64,000 nt of DNA from the NCBI GenBank assembly GCA_051313645.2, contig JBNRSN020000005.1:111724001-111788000 (forward strand). The letters run 5' to 3'. A model generated the notes under the pieces. That model was not told the DNA's origin and ran no database searches. It saw only the letters and a list, made by a program, of their open reading frames with translations. This stretch comes from Centroscyllium fabricii (taxonomy: Eukaryota). Below, in pieces: positions 23,501 to 36,511 of this stretch. The position numbers were made by a program, and so were the translations under genes. Each line of letters begins with the position of its first letter. Position 1 is the stretch's first letter.

Positions 23501-26500
23501 GGAGAGAGACGGACGGGGGGGGAGAGAGACGGACGGGGGGGGAGAGAGACGGGGGGGGGGAGAGAGACGGGGGGGGGGGGGAGAGAGACGGGGGGGGAGA
23601 GAGACGGGGGGGGAGAGAGACGGGGGGGGGAGAGAGACGGGGGGGGAGAGAGACGGGGGGGGGGGAGAGACGGGGGGGGGGAGAGAGACGGGGGGGGGAG
23701 AGAGACGGGGGGGGAGAGAGACGGGGGGGGGAGAGAGACGGGGGGGGGAGAGAGACGGGGGGGGGGAGAGAGACGGGGGGGGAGAGAGACGGGGGGGGGG
23801 AGAGAGACGGGGGGGGGGGAGAGAGACGGGGGGGGGAGGGGGGAGAGAGACGGGGGGGGGAGGGGGGAGAGAGACGGGGGGGGGAGGGGGGAGAGAGACG
23901 GGGGGGGGAGGGGGGAGAGAGACGGGGGGGGGGGGGAGAGAGACGGGGGGGGGGAGAGAGACGGGGGGGGGGAGAGAGACGGGGGGGGGGAGAGAGACGG
24001 GGGGGGGAGAGAGACGGGGGGGGGAGAGAGACGGGGGGGGGAGAGAGACGGGGGGGGGAGAGAGACGGGGGGGGAGAGAGACGGGGGGGGGGGGAGACGG
24101 GGGGGGGGGAGAGAGACGGGGGGGAGGGGAGAGAGACGGGGGGGGAGAGAGACGGGGGGGGAGAGAGACGGTGGGGGGGGGGGAGAGAGACGGGGGGGGA
24201 AGAGAGAGACGGGGGGGGGAAGAGAGAGACGGGGGGGGGGAAGAGAGAGACGGGGGGGGGGGAAGAGAGAGACGGGGGGGGGAAGAGAGAGACGGGGGGG
24301 GGAAGAGAGAGACGGGGGGGGGAAGAGAGAGACGGGGGGGGAGAGACGGGGGGGAAGAGAGAGACGGGGGGGGGGAGACGGGGGGGGGGGGGAGACGGGG
24401 GGGGGGGGAGAGAGACGGGGGGGGAGAGAGACGGGGGGGGGAGAGAGACGGGGGGGGAGGGAGAGAGACGGGGGGGAGGGAGAGAGACGGGGGGGGGAGA
24501 GAGACGGGGGGGGAGAGACACGGGGGGGGGAGAGAGACGGGGGGGGGAGAGAGACGGGGGGGGGGAGAGAGACGGGGGGGGGGAGAGAGACGGGGGGGGG
24601 GGGGAGAGAGACGGGGGGGGGGAGAGAGACGGGGGGGGGGAGAGAGACGGGGGGGGGGGAGAGAGACGGGGGGGGGGAGAGAGACGGGGGGGGGGGGGAG
24701 AGAGACGGGGGGGGGGGGAGAGAGACGGGGGGGGGAGAGAGACTGGGGGGGGAGAGAGACTGGGGGGGGAGAGAGACTGGGGGGGGAGAGAGACTGGGGG
24801 GGGAGAGAGACTGGGGGGGGGGAGAGAGACGGGGGGGGGAGAGAGACGGGGGGGGGAGAGAGACGGGGGGGGGGAGAGAGACGGGGGTGGGGGGGGGAGA
24901 GAGACGGGGGTGGGGGGGAGAGAGACGGGGGGGGGAGAGAGACGGGGGGGGGAGAGAGACGGGGGGGGGAGAGAGACGGGGGGGGGAGAGAGACGGGGGG
25001 GGGAGAGAGACGGGGGGGGGAGAGAGACGGGGGGGGGGAGAGAGACGGGGGGGGGGGGAGAGAGACGGGGGGGGAGAGAGAGACGGGGGGGGGGAGAGAG
25101 ACGGGGGGGGGGGGGGAGAGAGACGGGGGGGGGGAGAGAGACGGGGGGGGGGAGAGAGACGGGGGGGGGGGAGAGAGACGGGGGGGGGGGAGAGAGACGG
25201 GGGGGGGGGAGAGAGACGGGGGGGGGGAGAGAGACGGGGGGGGGAGAGAGACGGGGGGGGGAGAGAGACGGGGGGGGGAGAGAGACGGGGGGGGGAGAGA
25301 GACGGGGGGGGGAGAGAGACGGGGGGGGGAGAGAGACGGGGGGGGGAGAGAGACGGGGGGGGAGAGAGACGGGGGGGGGAGAGAGACGGGGGGGGGAGAG
25401 AGACGGGGGGGGGGAGAGAGACGGGGGGGGGGGAGAGAGACGGGGGGGGAGAGAGACGGGGGGGGAGAGAGACGGGGGGGGAGAGAGACGGGGGGGGAGA
25501 GAGACGGGGGGGGGGAGAGTGGGGGGGGAGAGAGACGGGGGGGGGAGTGAGACGGGGGGGGGGGGAGTGAGACGGGGGGGGAGAGAGACGGGGGGGAGAG
25601 AGACGGGGGGGGGGGGGAGTGAGACGGGGGGGGAGAGAGACGGGGGGGGAGAGACGGGGGGGGAGAGACGGGGGGGGGGAGAGACGGGGGGGGGGGAGAG
25701 ACGGGGGGGGGGGAGAGACGGGGGGGGGGAGAGACGGGGGAGAGAGACGGGGGAGAGAGACGGGGGAGAGAGAGACGGGGGAGAGAGAGACGGGGGGAGG
25801 AGAGAGACGGGGGGGGGAGAGAGACGGGGGGGGGGAGAGAGACGGGGGGGGGGGGAGAGAGACGGGGGGGGGGAGAGAGACGGGGGGGGAGAGAGAGACG
25901 GGGGGGGGAGAGAGAGACGGGGGGGGGAGAGAGAGACGGGGGGGGGAGAGAGAGACGGGGGGGGAGAGAGAGACGGGGGGGGAGAGAGAGACGGGGGGGG
26001 AGAGAGAGACGGGGGGGGAGAGAGAGACGGGGGGGGAGAGAGAGACGGGGGGGGGAGAGAGAGACGGGGGGGGGAGAGAGAGACGGGGGGGGGAGAGAGA
26101 GACGGGGGGGGAGAGAGAGACGGGGGGGGAGAGAGAGACGGGGGGGGGAGAGAGAGACGGGGGGGGGGAGAGAGAGACGGGGGGGGGGGGAGAGAGAGAC
26201 GGGGGGGGAGAGAGAGACGGGGGGGGAGAGAGAGACGGGGGGGGAGAGAGAGACGGGGGGGGAGAGAGAGACGGGGGGGGGAGAGAGAGACGGGGGGGGG
26301 AGAGAGAGACGGGGGGGGGGAGAGAGAGACGGGGGGGGGGGGGAGAGAGAGACGGGGGGGGAGAGAGAGACGGGGGGGGAGAGAGAGACGGGGGGGGGAG
26401 AGAGAGACGGGGGGGGGAGAGAGAGACGGGGGGGGGAGAGAGAGACGGGGGGGGGAGAGAGAGACGGGGGGGGAGAGAGAGACGGGGGGAGAGAGAGACG

Positions 26501-29500
26501 GGGGGAGAGAGAGACGGGGGGGGGAGAGAGAGACGGGGGGGGGGGAGAGAGAGACGGGGGGGGAGAGAGAGACGGGGGGGGAGAGAGAGACGGGGGGGGA
26601 GAGAGAGACGGGGGGGGAGAGAGAGACGGGGGGGGGAGAGAGAGACGGGGGGGAGAGAGAGACGGGGGGGGGAGAGAGAGACGGGGGGGGAGAGAGAGAC
26701 GGGGGGGGGAGAGAGAGACGGGGGGGGAGAGAGAGACGGGGGGGGGGAGAGAGACGGGGGGGGGAGAGAGACGGGGGGGGGGAGAGAGACGGGGGGGGAG
26801 AGAGAGACGGGGGGGGGAGAGAGAGACGGGGGGGGGAGAGAGACGGGGGGGGGAGAGAGACGGGGGGGGGGAGAGAGACGGGGGGGGAGAGAGACGGGGG
26901 GGGGGGAGAGAGACGGGGGGGGGGGGAGAGAGACGGGGGGGGGGGAGAGAGACGGGGGGGGGGGGGAGAGAGACGGGGGGGGGGGAGAGAGACGGGGGGG
27001 GGAGAGAGACGAGACGGGGGGGGGAGAGAGACGGGGGGGGGGGGGGAGAGAGACGGGGGGGGGAGAGAGACGGGGGGGGGAGAGAGACGGGGGGGGGGGG
27101 GAGAGAGACGGGGGGGGGGAGAGAGACGGGGGGGGGAGAGAGACGGGGGGGGGAGAGAGACGGGGGGGGGAGAGAGACGGGGGGGGGGGAGAGAGACGGG
27201 GGGGGGGGAGAGAGACGGGGGGGGGGGGGAGAGAGACGGGGGGGGAGAGAGACGGGGGGGAGAGAGACGGGGGGGGAGAGAGACGGGGGGGGGGAGAGAG
27301 ACGGGGGGGGAGAGAGACGGGGGGGAGAGAGACGGGGGGGGAGAGAGACGGGGGGGGAGAGAGACGGGGGGGAGAGAGACGGGGGGGAGAGAGACGGGGG
27401 GGGGAGAGAGACGGGGGGGGAGAGAGACGGGGGGGAAGAGAGACAGGGGGGGGAGAGAGACAGGGGGGGGAGAGAGACAGGGGGGGGGGGAGAGAGACGG
27501 GGGGGGGGGAGAGAGACGGGGGGGGGGGAGAGAGACGGGGGGGGGAGGAGAGAGACGGGGGGGGGGGGAGGAGAGAGACGGGGGGGAGAGAGACGGGGGG
27601 GGGAGAGAGACGGGGGGGGGAGAGAGACGGGGGGGGAGAGAGACGGGGGGGTGAGAGAGACGGGGGGGTGAGAGAGACGGGGGGGGGAGAGAGACGGGGG
27701 GGGAGAGAGACGGGGGGGGAGAGAGACGGGGGGGGGAGAGAGACGGGGGGGGGAGAGAGACGGGGGGGGGGGAGAGAGACGGGGGGGGGGGGAGAGAGAC
27801 GGGGGGGGGGGAGAGAGACGGGGGGGAGAGAGACGGGGGGGAGAGAGACGGGGGGGGGAGAGAGACGGGGGGGGGAGAGAGACGGGGGGGGAGAGAGACG
27901 GGGGGGGGAGAGAGACGGGGGGGGGAGAGAGACGGGGGGGGGGAGAGAGACGGGGGGGGGGGAGAGAGACGGGGGGGGGAGAGAGACGGGGGGGGGGAGA
28001 GAGACGGGGGGGGGGGAGAGAGACGGGGGGGAGAGAGACGGGGGGAGGAGAGAGACGGGGGGGGGAGAGAGACGGGGGGGGGAGAGAGACGGGGGGGGGG
28101 GGAGAGAGACGGGGGGGGGGGAGAGAGACGGGGGGGGGGGGAGAGAGACGGGGGGGGGAGAGAGACGGGGGGGAGAGAGACGGGGGGGGGAGAGAGACGG
28201 GGGGGGGGAGAGAGACGGGGGGGAGAGAGACGGGGGGGGAGAGAGACGGGGGGGAGAGAGAGAGACGGGGGGGGGGGGGTGGAGAGAGACGGGGGGGGGG
28301 GGGAGAGAGCCGGGGGGGGGGGGAGAGAGACGGGGGGGGCGAAGAGAGAGACGGGGGGGGGGGAAGAGAGAGACGGGGGGGGGGGAAGAGAGAGACGGGG
28401 GGGGGGGAAGAGAGAGACGGGGGGGGGGAAGAGAGAGACGGGGGGGGGGAAGAGAGAGACGGGGGGGGGGAAGAGAGAGACGGGGGGGGGGAAGAGAGAG
28501 ACGGGGGGGGGAAGAGAGAGACGGGGGGGGGGAAGAGAGAGACGGGGGGGGGGGAAGAGAGAGACGGGGGGGGGGGAAGAGAGAGACGGGGGGGGGGAAG
28601 AGAGAGACGGGGGGGGGGAAGAGAGAGACGGGGGGGGGGGAAGAGAGAGACGGGGGGGGGGGAAGAGAGAGACGGGGGGGGGGGAAGAGAGAGACGGGGG
28701 GGGGAAGAGAGAGACGGGGGGGAAGAGAGAGACGGGGGGGGAAGAGAGAGACGGGGGGGGAAGAGAGAGACGGGGGGGGAAGAGAGAGACGGGGGGGGAA
28801 GAGAGAGACGGGGGGGGGGGAAGAGAGAGACGGGGGGGGGAAGAGAGAGACGGGGGGGGGGGGGAAGAGAGAGACGGGGGGGAGAGAGACGGGGGGGGAG
28901 AGAGACGGGGGGGGAGAGAGACGGGGGGGGAGAGAGACGGGGGGGGAGAGAGACGGGGGGGGAGAGAGACGGGGGGGAGAGAGACGGGGGGGAGAGAGAC
29001 GGGGGGGAGAGAGACGGGGGGGAGAGAGACGGGGGGGAGAGAGACGGGGGGGAGAGAGAAGGGGGGGGAGAGAGACGGGGGGGAGAGAGACGGGGGGGGA
29101 GAGAGACGGGGGGGGGAGAGAGACGGGGGGGGGAGAGAGACGGGGGGGGGAGAGAGACGGGGGGGGGAGAGAGACGGGGGGGGGAGAGAGACGGGGGGGG
29201 GAGAGAGACGGGGGGGGGGAGAGAGACGGGGGGGGGGAGAGAGACGGGGGGGGGGGAGAGAGACGGGGGGGGAGAGAGACGGGGGGGGAGAGAGACGGGG
29301 GGGGGGGGAGAGAGACGGGGGGGGGGGAGAGAGACGGGGGGGGGAGAGAGACGGGGGGGGGGAGAGAGACGGGGGGGGGGGGAGAGAGACGGGGGGGGGG
29401 AAGAGAGACGGGGAGGGGGGGAGAGAGAGACGGGGAGGGGGGGAGAGAGAGACGGGGGGGGAGAGAGAGACGGGGGGGGAGAGAGAGACGGGGGGGGGGA

Positions 29501-30106
29501 GAGAGAGACGGGGGGGGGGAGAGAGAGACGGGGGGGGGGGAAGAGAGAGACGGGGGGGGGGGAAGAGAGAGACGGGGGGGGGGGAAGAGAGAGACGGGGG
29601 GGGGGAAGAGAGAGACGGGGGGGGAGAGAGACGGGGGGGGAGAGAGACGGGGGGGAGAGAGACGGGGGGGGAGAGAGACGGGGGGAGAGAGACGGGGGGG
29701 AGAGAGACGGGGGGGAGAGAGACGGGGGGGAGAGAGACGGGGGGGAGAGAGACGGGGGGGAGAGAGACGGGGGGGGAGAGAGACGGGGGGGGGGGAGAGA
29801 GACGGGGGGGGAGAGAGACGGGGGGGGGGAGAGAGACGGGGGGGGGGGGAGAGAGACGGGGGGGGGGGGGAGAGAGACGGGGGGGGGGAAGAGAGACGGG
29901 GAGGGGGGGAGAGAGAGACGGGGGGGGAGAGAGAGACGGGGGGGGAGAGAGAGACGGGGGGGGGAGAGAGAGACGGGGGGGGGGGAGAGAGAGACGGGGG
30001 GGGGGGGAGAGAGAGACGGGGGGGGGGGGGAGAGAGAGACGGGGGGGGGGGGAGAGAGAGACGGGGGGGGGAGAGAGAGACGGGGGGGGGTGAGACACGG
30101 GGGGGG
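20519..30106. repeat. ~9.6-kb G-rich minisatellite, unit (GA)3-5C plus a G-run of about 6-13
   Basis: Directly visible; roughly 550 units of ~17 bp (estimate), preceded by (TC)9; no stop codons in most frames. Confidence 0.97.
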
Positions 30107-30121
30107 TCTCTCGCTCATATT

Positions 30122-30509
30122 TAGAAAGATAGGAGCAGGAGTAGGCCATTCAGCCCTTCAAGCCTGCTCCACCATTCAATGAGATCATGGCTGATCATCC
30201 AAACCCTGTAACCCGCCCCTGCCCTCTCCCCATTATCCCTCGATCCCTATCGAGCCTGCACTGACACATATCCCACCCTATTCCCATATATTCAATCTCC
30301 CTAACACTAAGGGTAAATTTATCCTGGTCAATCAACCTAACCCTGCACATCTTTGGACTGTGGGAGGAAACCGGAGCACCCGGAGGAAACCCACGCAGAC
30401 ACGGCGAGAATGTGCAAACTCCACACAGATAGTACCCGAGGCTGGATTTGAACCCGGGTCTCCAGTGCTGTGAGACAGCAGTGCTAAGCACTGTGCCACC
30501 GTGCCGCCC
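30122..30509 (-). mobile_element. HE1-like tRNA-derived V-SINE, full length
   Basis: Head GGGCGGCACGGTGGCACAGTG...GGTTCAAATCC (A/B boxes), V-domain, CR1-like tail. Confidence 0.88.
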
Positions 30510-31222
30510 TATATACTCAGCCTGTGTATATACATACAGACAGTTCTCTATATCGGATATTTGTTCCTCCTGCTTCATAATTTGCATTGAGGATGTTCTA
30601 TTGAAAAATAATAGCTCGGGGCAGCGCATTAGAAGAAAAGAAAAAAAAAAATGAACTTTGAACTGGTTCATTTTTGAGCTGCGAACTGAAGTTCAAAATT
30701 CAAAATTATGAACTATGAACTTGAACTAGTTCATTTTAAAATGATTGAACTGAACTTTGAGCTAGCTCTTGTTAAGTGTGAACTTTCCCAACACTGCCAG
30801 CATCCTTATAGATTTTCTGCTATCAACATTTAAGAACATAGAGGCTCTATGGAGTAACTACCACAGATTTAGAAGGAATAGGAAGTGCCAAACAAAACTA
30901 CTGGAATTCTTAAAGTATGTAGCTAAATTAGTTGATGATGACAAAAAGACTGAAAACTGGCTAAGCAATAAAAGGCAGATGATGATAGTAAGTAGAAAAG
31001 TTGTGGCGTCGGGTCAGCAACTGGTTGCATTCTGTTTCAAATCCCCTCTGTTTATTATTTATAAATAATATGATGGCAACTATTGGTAATGTAGAATTTG
31101 CAGATGACACCAAGCTTTATGGTCAGGTGGCAAGTATAAGAGAAATGGTGGCTTTCAAAAGGCTCTGAACCAATTAAATGGACGGATTTAGAAAGTGCAT
31201 ATGGATTTTGTCAATAGATAAT

Positions 31223-31968
31223 GGGCCGGAAATTCGGGTTGGAGGCTTCCCGCGAGTGTAAGCCTCCAACCTACGCTTGCCTACCGCGCCGGCCATTGAG
31301 CTGTGCCCCCACATGGAATCCCAATGCGGGACCTTCCTGAAGTGCCGGCGCGCCACGCTCCCGGATCCGAGTGGCGCAGTTAGTGTGAGGGATCGCGCGG
31401 GCCACGGAGAGTCAATCGGAGCACAGAATGCTCCATTCATAAGTTTGACAGGAAGATCTGTCAAACGTATGAATACTACAAGCCCCAAAACCAAAGTAAA
31501 TCTTCAAATAATTCTTTTAAAAACATCACATTTTTTAAAATTACTATCAATTACATAAATTAGCTATTTTAAACAAAAAATTTAACATTTTGAAAAAAAT
31601 TAAAGTTTTTAACAGGGCTAAAAATAAACTTACCTTTCGTTAAAGTATTTAAAAATAAAAAACCTGTGGAAAAAATGTTTTAAATTGAATTAATTTACCA
31701 CTTACCTTCTGAAAAGGGGTCTTTGCGCAGGAAAATAGGAGCCGTATCTTTCTCCACACTTACCCAGAGACAGAACCTGTAAAAAAATCGGAAGTGCATT
31801 GCGCACGCGCTGCCACGCACGCATTCCGATATCTGACCCCTTCTGTCAGGGGATCGGAAGTGCCGGTTTCGCGCGCATGCGCTGTGCATGCACGAAACAG
31901 TACTTCGGATGGGCCTATGGGTGAGTACCCAGCGCGTACTCACCCGGGGCGACCGGAATTTCTGGGCC
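31223..31968. mobile_element. Harbinger/PHIS-like MITE (copy D)
   Basis: Ends GGGCCGGAAATTCGG / CCGGAATTTCTGGGCC; flanks AAT / ATT; inverted homolog of 59289-60034. Confidence 0.8.
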
Positions 31969-32350
31969 ATTAGTTACGTACGCTGACTTTGATGGGACAA
32001 GTGAACCTTACATGTTTTATGTTTATATGTTCTTGAAACATTTCCTGATGTAGATCTGGTGTCATGTTTTGTATATAAATGAATCCAGAATTGATTCTAC
32101 TGAGGAGTAAGTTTGGTATTATAAATTTTCTTGGACAGTATAAAAACTTAACCCATAGGTTTCATCCCAGCATGACACAAGCATTAGTGCAGTAAGCGTC
32201 GTTAATTGGGAGTGTGTCAGTGCTGGGGAATCAAACACTTTTCCAGACAATGTCAGCATCAGCCACTTTAAGTTAGATATAGCATTCCCAGATGCAAAGG
32301 AAATCTCCCTTTACTGTGCTTCAACAAAGATAAATGACCTACCTTATAGG

Positions 32351-35300
32351 GTCATAGAGTAATACAGCACAGAAAGAGGCCCTTCGGCCCATCGCGTCCG
32401 TGCTGCCCATCAATCCCAGTCTATACTAGTCCCATTTTCCCACATTTGGTCCATAGCCTTGTATGCTGCAGCATTTCAAGTGCTCATCCAAATGCATTTT
32501 GAAAGTTGTGAGGGTTTCCGCCTCTACCACCCTCTCAGGCAGTGAGTTCCAGACTCCAACCACCCTCTGGGTGAAAAAGTTCTTCCTCACATCCCCACGA
32601 TACCTCCTGCCTCTTAACCTGAAATTATGCCCCCCTAGTTATTGACCCCTCAACCAAGGGAAAAAGATCCACTCCATCCACCTTATCTATTCCCCTCATA
32701 ATTTTGTATACCTCAATCAGGTTCTCCCTCAGCCTCCTCTGCTCCAAGGAAAACAACCCCAGCCTGTCCAGTCTCTCTTCATAGCTGAGGCTCCCCAGCC
32801 CAGGCAGCATCCTGGTGAATCTCCTCTGCACCCTCTCCAAAGCTATTACATCCTTGCTATAGTGTGGTGACCAGAACTGCACACAGTACTCCAGCTGTGG
32901 TCTTACCAGCGTTTTGTACAGCTCCATCATAGCCTCCCTGCTCTTATATTCTATGCCTTGGCTAATGAAGGCAAGTATCCCATATGGGCGGCACGGTGGC
33001 ATAGTGGTTAGCACTGTTGCCTCACAGCTCTGGAGACCCGGGTTCAAATCCAGCCTCGGGTGACTATCTGTGTGGAGTTTGCACATTCTCCCCGTGTCTG
33101 CGTGGGTTTCCTCCGGGTGCTCCAGTTTCCTCCCACAGTCCAAAGATGTGCGGGTTAGGTTGATTGGCCAGGATAAATTGACCCTTAGCGTTAGGGGGAT
33201 TGAATATGTGGGGTTACGGGGATAGGGTGGGATACGTGGGCAGGCTCGGTAGGGATCGAGGGATATGGGGAGAGGGCAGGGGCGGGGTGCTGGGTTTGGA
33301 TGATCAGCCATGATCTCATTGAATGGCGGAGCAGGCTCGAAGGGCCGAATGGCCTACTCCTGCTTCTATGTTTCTATGTTTCTATGCCTTTTTAACCACC
33401 TTATCCACCTGTCCTGCTGCCTTCAGGGACCTATGTACCTGCACACCAAGGTCCCTCTGATCCTCTGCCTTCCCCAGCATCCTACCATTCATGGTGTATT
33501 CCCTTGCCATGTTAGACCTACCGAAATGCATCACCTCACACTTTTCAGGATTAAATTCCATTTGCCACTGTTCCGCCCATCTGACCAACTCATCTATTCG
33601 TCCTGCATGTTGCGGATTTCCTCCTCAGTATTTACCAACCCCCCAACTTTTGTGTCATCTGGAAACTTACTGATCATGCCTTTTACATTAATATCTAAAT
33701 CGTTAATATAGACTACAAACAGCAAGGAACCCAACACCGATCCCTGCGGTACCCCACTGGACACAGGCTGCCAGTCACAAAAACAACCTTCGACCATCAC
33801 CGTCTGCCTCCTGTCACTAAGCCAGTTTTGGATCCACTGTGCCAAGGTGCCCTGGATCCCATGGGCTCTTACCTTCTTGACCAGTCTCCTATGCGGGACC
33901 TTATCAAAAGCCTTACTAAAATCCATGTATACCACGTCCACTGCACTACCCTCATCCACACACCTGGTTACCTCTTCAAAAAATTCAATCAAATTAGTCA
34001 GACACGATCTTCCCTTGATGAAGCCATGCTGACTATCCTTAATTAATCCTTGCCTCTCCAAGTAGAGACGAATTTCATCCCTCAGGATTCTTTCTAGTAA
34101 TTTCCCCACCACTGATGTCAGGCTCACCGGCCTGTAATTCCCTGGTTTCTCCCTACTACCTTTCTTGAATAATGGCACTACATTGGCCATTCTCCAGTCC
34201 TCCGGCACATCCCCTGTGGCCAGAGAGGTTCTGAAAATTTGTGTCAGAGCCCCTGCAATCTCTTCCTTAGCCTCAGCCAGCAGCCTGGGATACATCTCGT
34301 CAGGGCCTGGAGACCTATCCACTTTTAAGCCTGCTAAAACCGCTAGTACCTCCTCCCTGTCAATACTAATATGATCAAGTGTATCGCATTCCTCCTGACC
34401 TATTTCAATGTCCACATTGCCCTTCTCCACAGTGAACACAGATGCAAAAAATTAATTCAAAACACCACCTACATCCTCTGGCTCTACACAGAGATTCCCA
34501 CTTTGGTCCCCACCCTTTCCCTTGTTATCCTCTTGCCCTTAATATATTTTTAAAACATCATAGGATTTTCCTTTATTTTGCCCACCAGGGTTATCTCATG
34601 GCCCCTCCTCGCTCTCCTAATTTCTTTTTTTAAGTAACCCCCTGCACCTTCTATACTCCTCTAGAGCCTCCTCTGTCTTTAGTTCTTTATGTCTGCCGAA
34701 AGCCCCCCTTTTCTTCCGAATCAATTCACGTATATCCCTTGACATCCAAGGTTCCCTGGGCTTATTGGTCCCACCCTTGACCTTACGGGGAACATGTTTC
34801 CCTTGCACTTTCTCAATTTCCTTTCTGAACGCCTCCCACTGTTCTGATGCGGACTTTCCTTCGAGTAGCTGGTCCCAGTCCACTTGGGCCAGCTCTAGCC
34901 TTATCATATTAAAATCGGCCTTGCCCCAATTTAGAACCTTTATTTCTGGTCCATCGTTGTCCTTTTCCATTACTACCTTAAATATTACCGAATTATGGTC
35001 ACTGTCCCCAAAGTGCTCTGCTACGGACACTTCTTCCACTTGTCCATCCTCATTTCCCAGAATTAAGTCTAATATCGCCCCCTCCCTTGTAGGACTTCCT
35101 ACATACTGGCTCAAAAGCTCTCCTGGATGCACTTTAAGAATTCTGCACCCTTTAAGCCCTTCACACTTTGGCTATCCCAGTCAATATTGGGAAAGCTAAA
35201 ATCCCCCACTATTACTACCCTATTATTTCCACACTTCTCCAAGATTTGCCTGCAAATCTGTTCCTCTATTTCCCTCTGACTGTTTGGGGGTCTGTAGTAT

Positions 35301-35600
35301 ACTCCCAGTAATGTGCTTGCCCCCTTCTTATTTTTAAGTTCCACCCAAATAGCCTCATTAGAGGACCCTGCCAATATATCAGCCATTCTTACAGCAGTAA
35401 TTGACTCCTTAATTAATATCGTGACACCCCCTCCTCTTTCCCCCCCCCCCCTCCCTGAAGATTCGATACCCCGGAATATTGAGCTGCCATTCCTGCCCCT
35501 CCCTCAACCATGTCTCTGTAATGGCAACAATATCATATTCCCATGTGCTTAACAATAGCTTCAATTCATCCCCCTTATTCGCCAGACTCCTTGCATTATC
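32351..35600 (-). mobile_element. CR1 LINE, most of ORF2 (APE endonuclease plus RT), frameshifted
   Basis: ORFs 35409-35693, 35111-35386, 34617-35132, 33594-34439 (YMDFSKAFD, GVPQGSVLG), 33382-33588. Confidence 0.92.
32986..33386 (+). mobile_element. HE1-like V-SINE nested in CR1
   Basis: Full head, V-domain and (TTTCTATG)n tail; the CR1 flanks rejoin at TATG. Confidence 0.88.
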
Positions 35601-36511
35601 TTCATTCTTTAAATTATCTGCATTCTCCACACACCAAAGAAGTAAAAGCAAATATACTGGGTTCTGGGGAAACCACATGCTTAGTATGCACATAAAAATG
35701 TTGTCTCAACACTATAGATAGGTGGTGCTGCAAATTCCAATGTTGTATAAAGCCCCAGTGACAGGGCAAATAACTATTCATCGCCTAACTACAAATTCCA
35801 GTTAAGACCTAAAATAATGGCTGGTTGGGATCGTGGTATGTGGAGGATGCAGATCATACAAATAAAGAGGATGGCTGTACAAGGACAGTAAGCAATTCTT
35901 CTTCTTCAGCAAGTATCTTCATACACCAAAGGAGTATAGTTTAGGAGTAAGGAAGCCCCTGTAGATGGGCCCCAACATCAGCTGCCAGGCCAGATCTCCC
36001 AAAGACATTATTGTGCGCAGTAGTCAAATTTAAACAGTAATGTTTAGTAAATTTGTGAGGATTAATCCCTGTGTCAGCTTTCAGATACTGTCAATTGGAA
36101 CCTGGTTAAGAGATATCAAGACATAGCCGCTTATGAGATGATAGCAGTGCAGAATGCACTCAACCGTCCACTTACACACCCACTGCTTGGTCAGTGGCTT
36201 GCCTCCGGTCTTTGCACCAAAGGAAACAAATAACGGTCAAGACTTCCTAAATTGCTTTGTACAAGAGATATACAAACTGATGACTCAATGAGCATCTACA
36301 TTCCAAGTAGAAGCCTTGCTCCCATTCACCTATAAGCTGATAGAGCAGTCATCGAGTGATTGTTATGGGAGGACCATTATTTTTTTATCAAATTGGCTGC
36401 AGTGTAAATAAACTTGTTGAGAATCGAATTGTGTGTGTACGGCACTATATCATTCTTTGGCCGCATATGTCCCTGAAATCTGACCGCCTTTCGGAGAGAT
36501 AATTCGCTGTA

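Larger units (their letters stand above)
20187..30796. mobile_element. Non-autonomous hAT-like DNA transposon, 10.6 kb, carrying a giant minisatellite
   Basis: Ends CAGTGTTG / CAACACTG; perfect 8-bp TSD CCAGCATC at 20179-20186 and 30797-30804; clustered TGAAC/GTTCA subterminal motifs at both ends. Confidence 0.85.

Noticed and set aside
20167-30149. Giant Pro/Ser-rich and Gly/Arg/Glu-rich ORFs (600-3300 aa)
   Set aside because: Open on both strands in many frames only because the repeat lacks stop codons; the variable G-run lengths would scramble any real frame.
30122-33386. SINE-LINE shared tail as a novelty
   Set aside because: This matches the already described elasmobranch HE1 SINE / HER1 LINE relationship.
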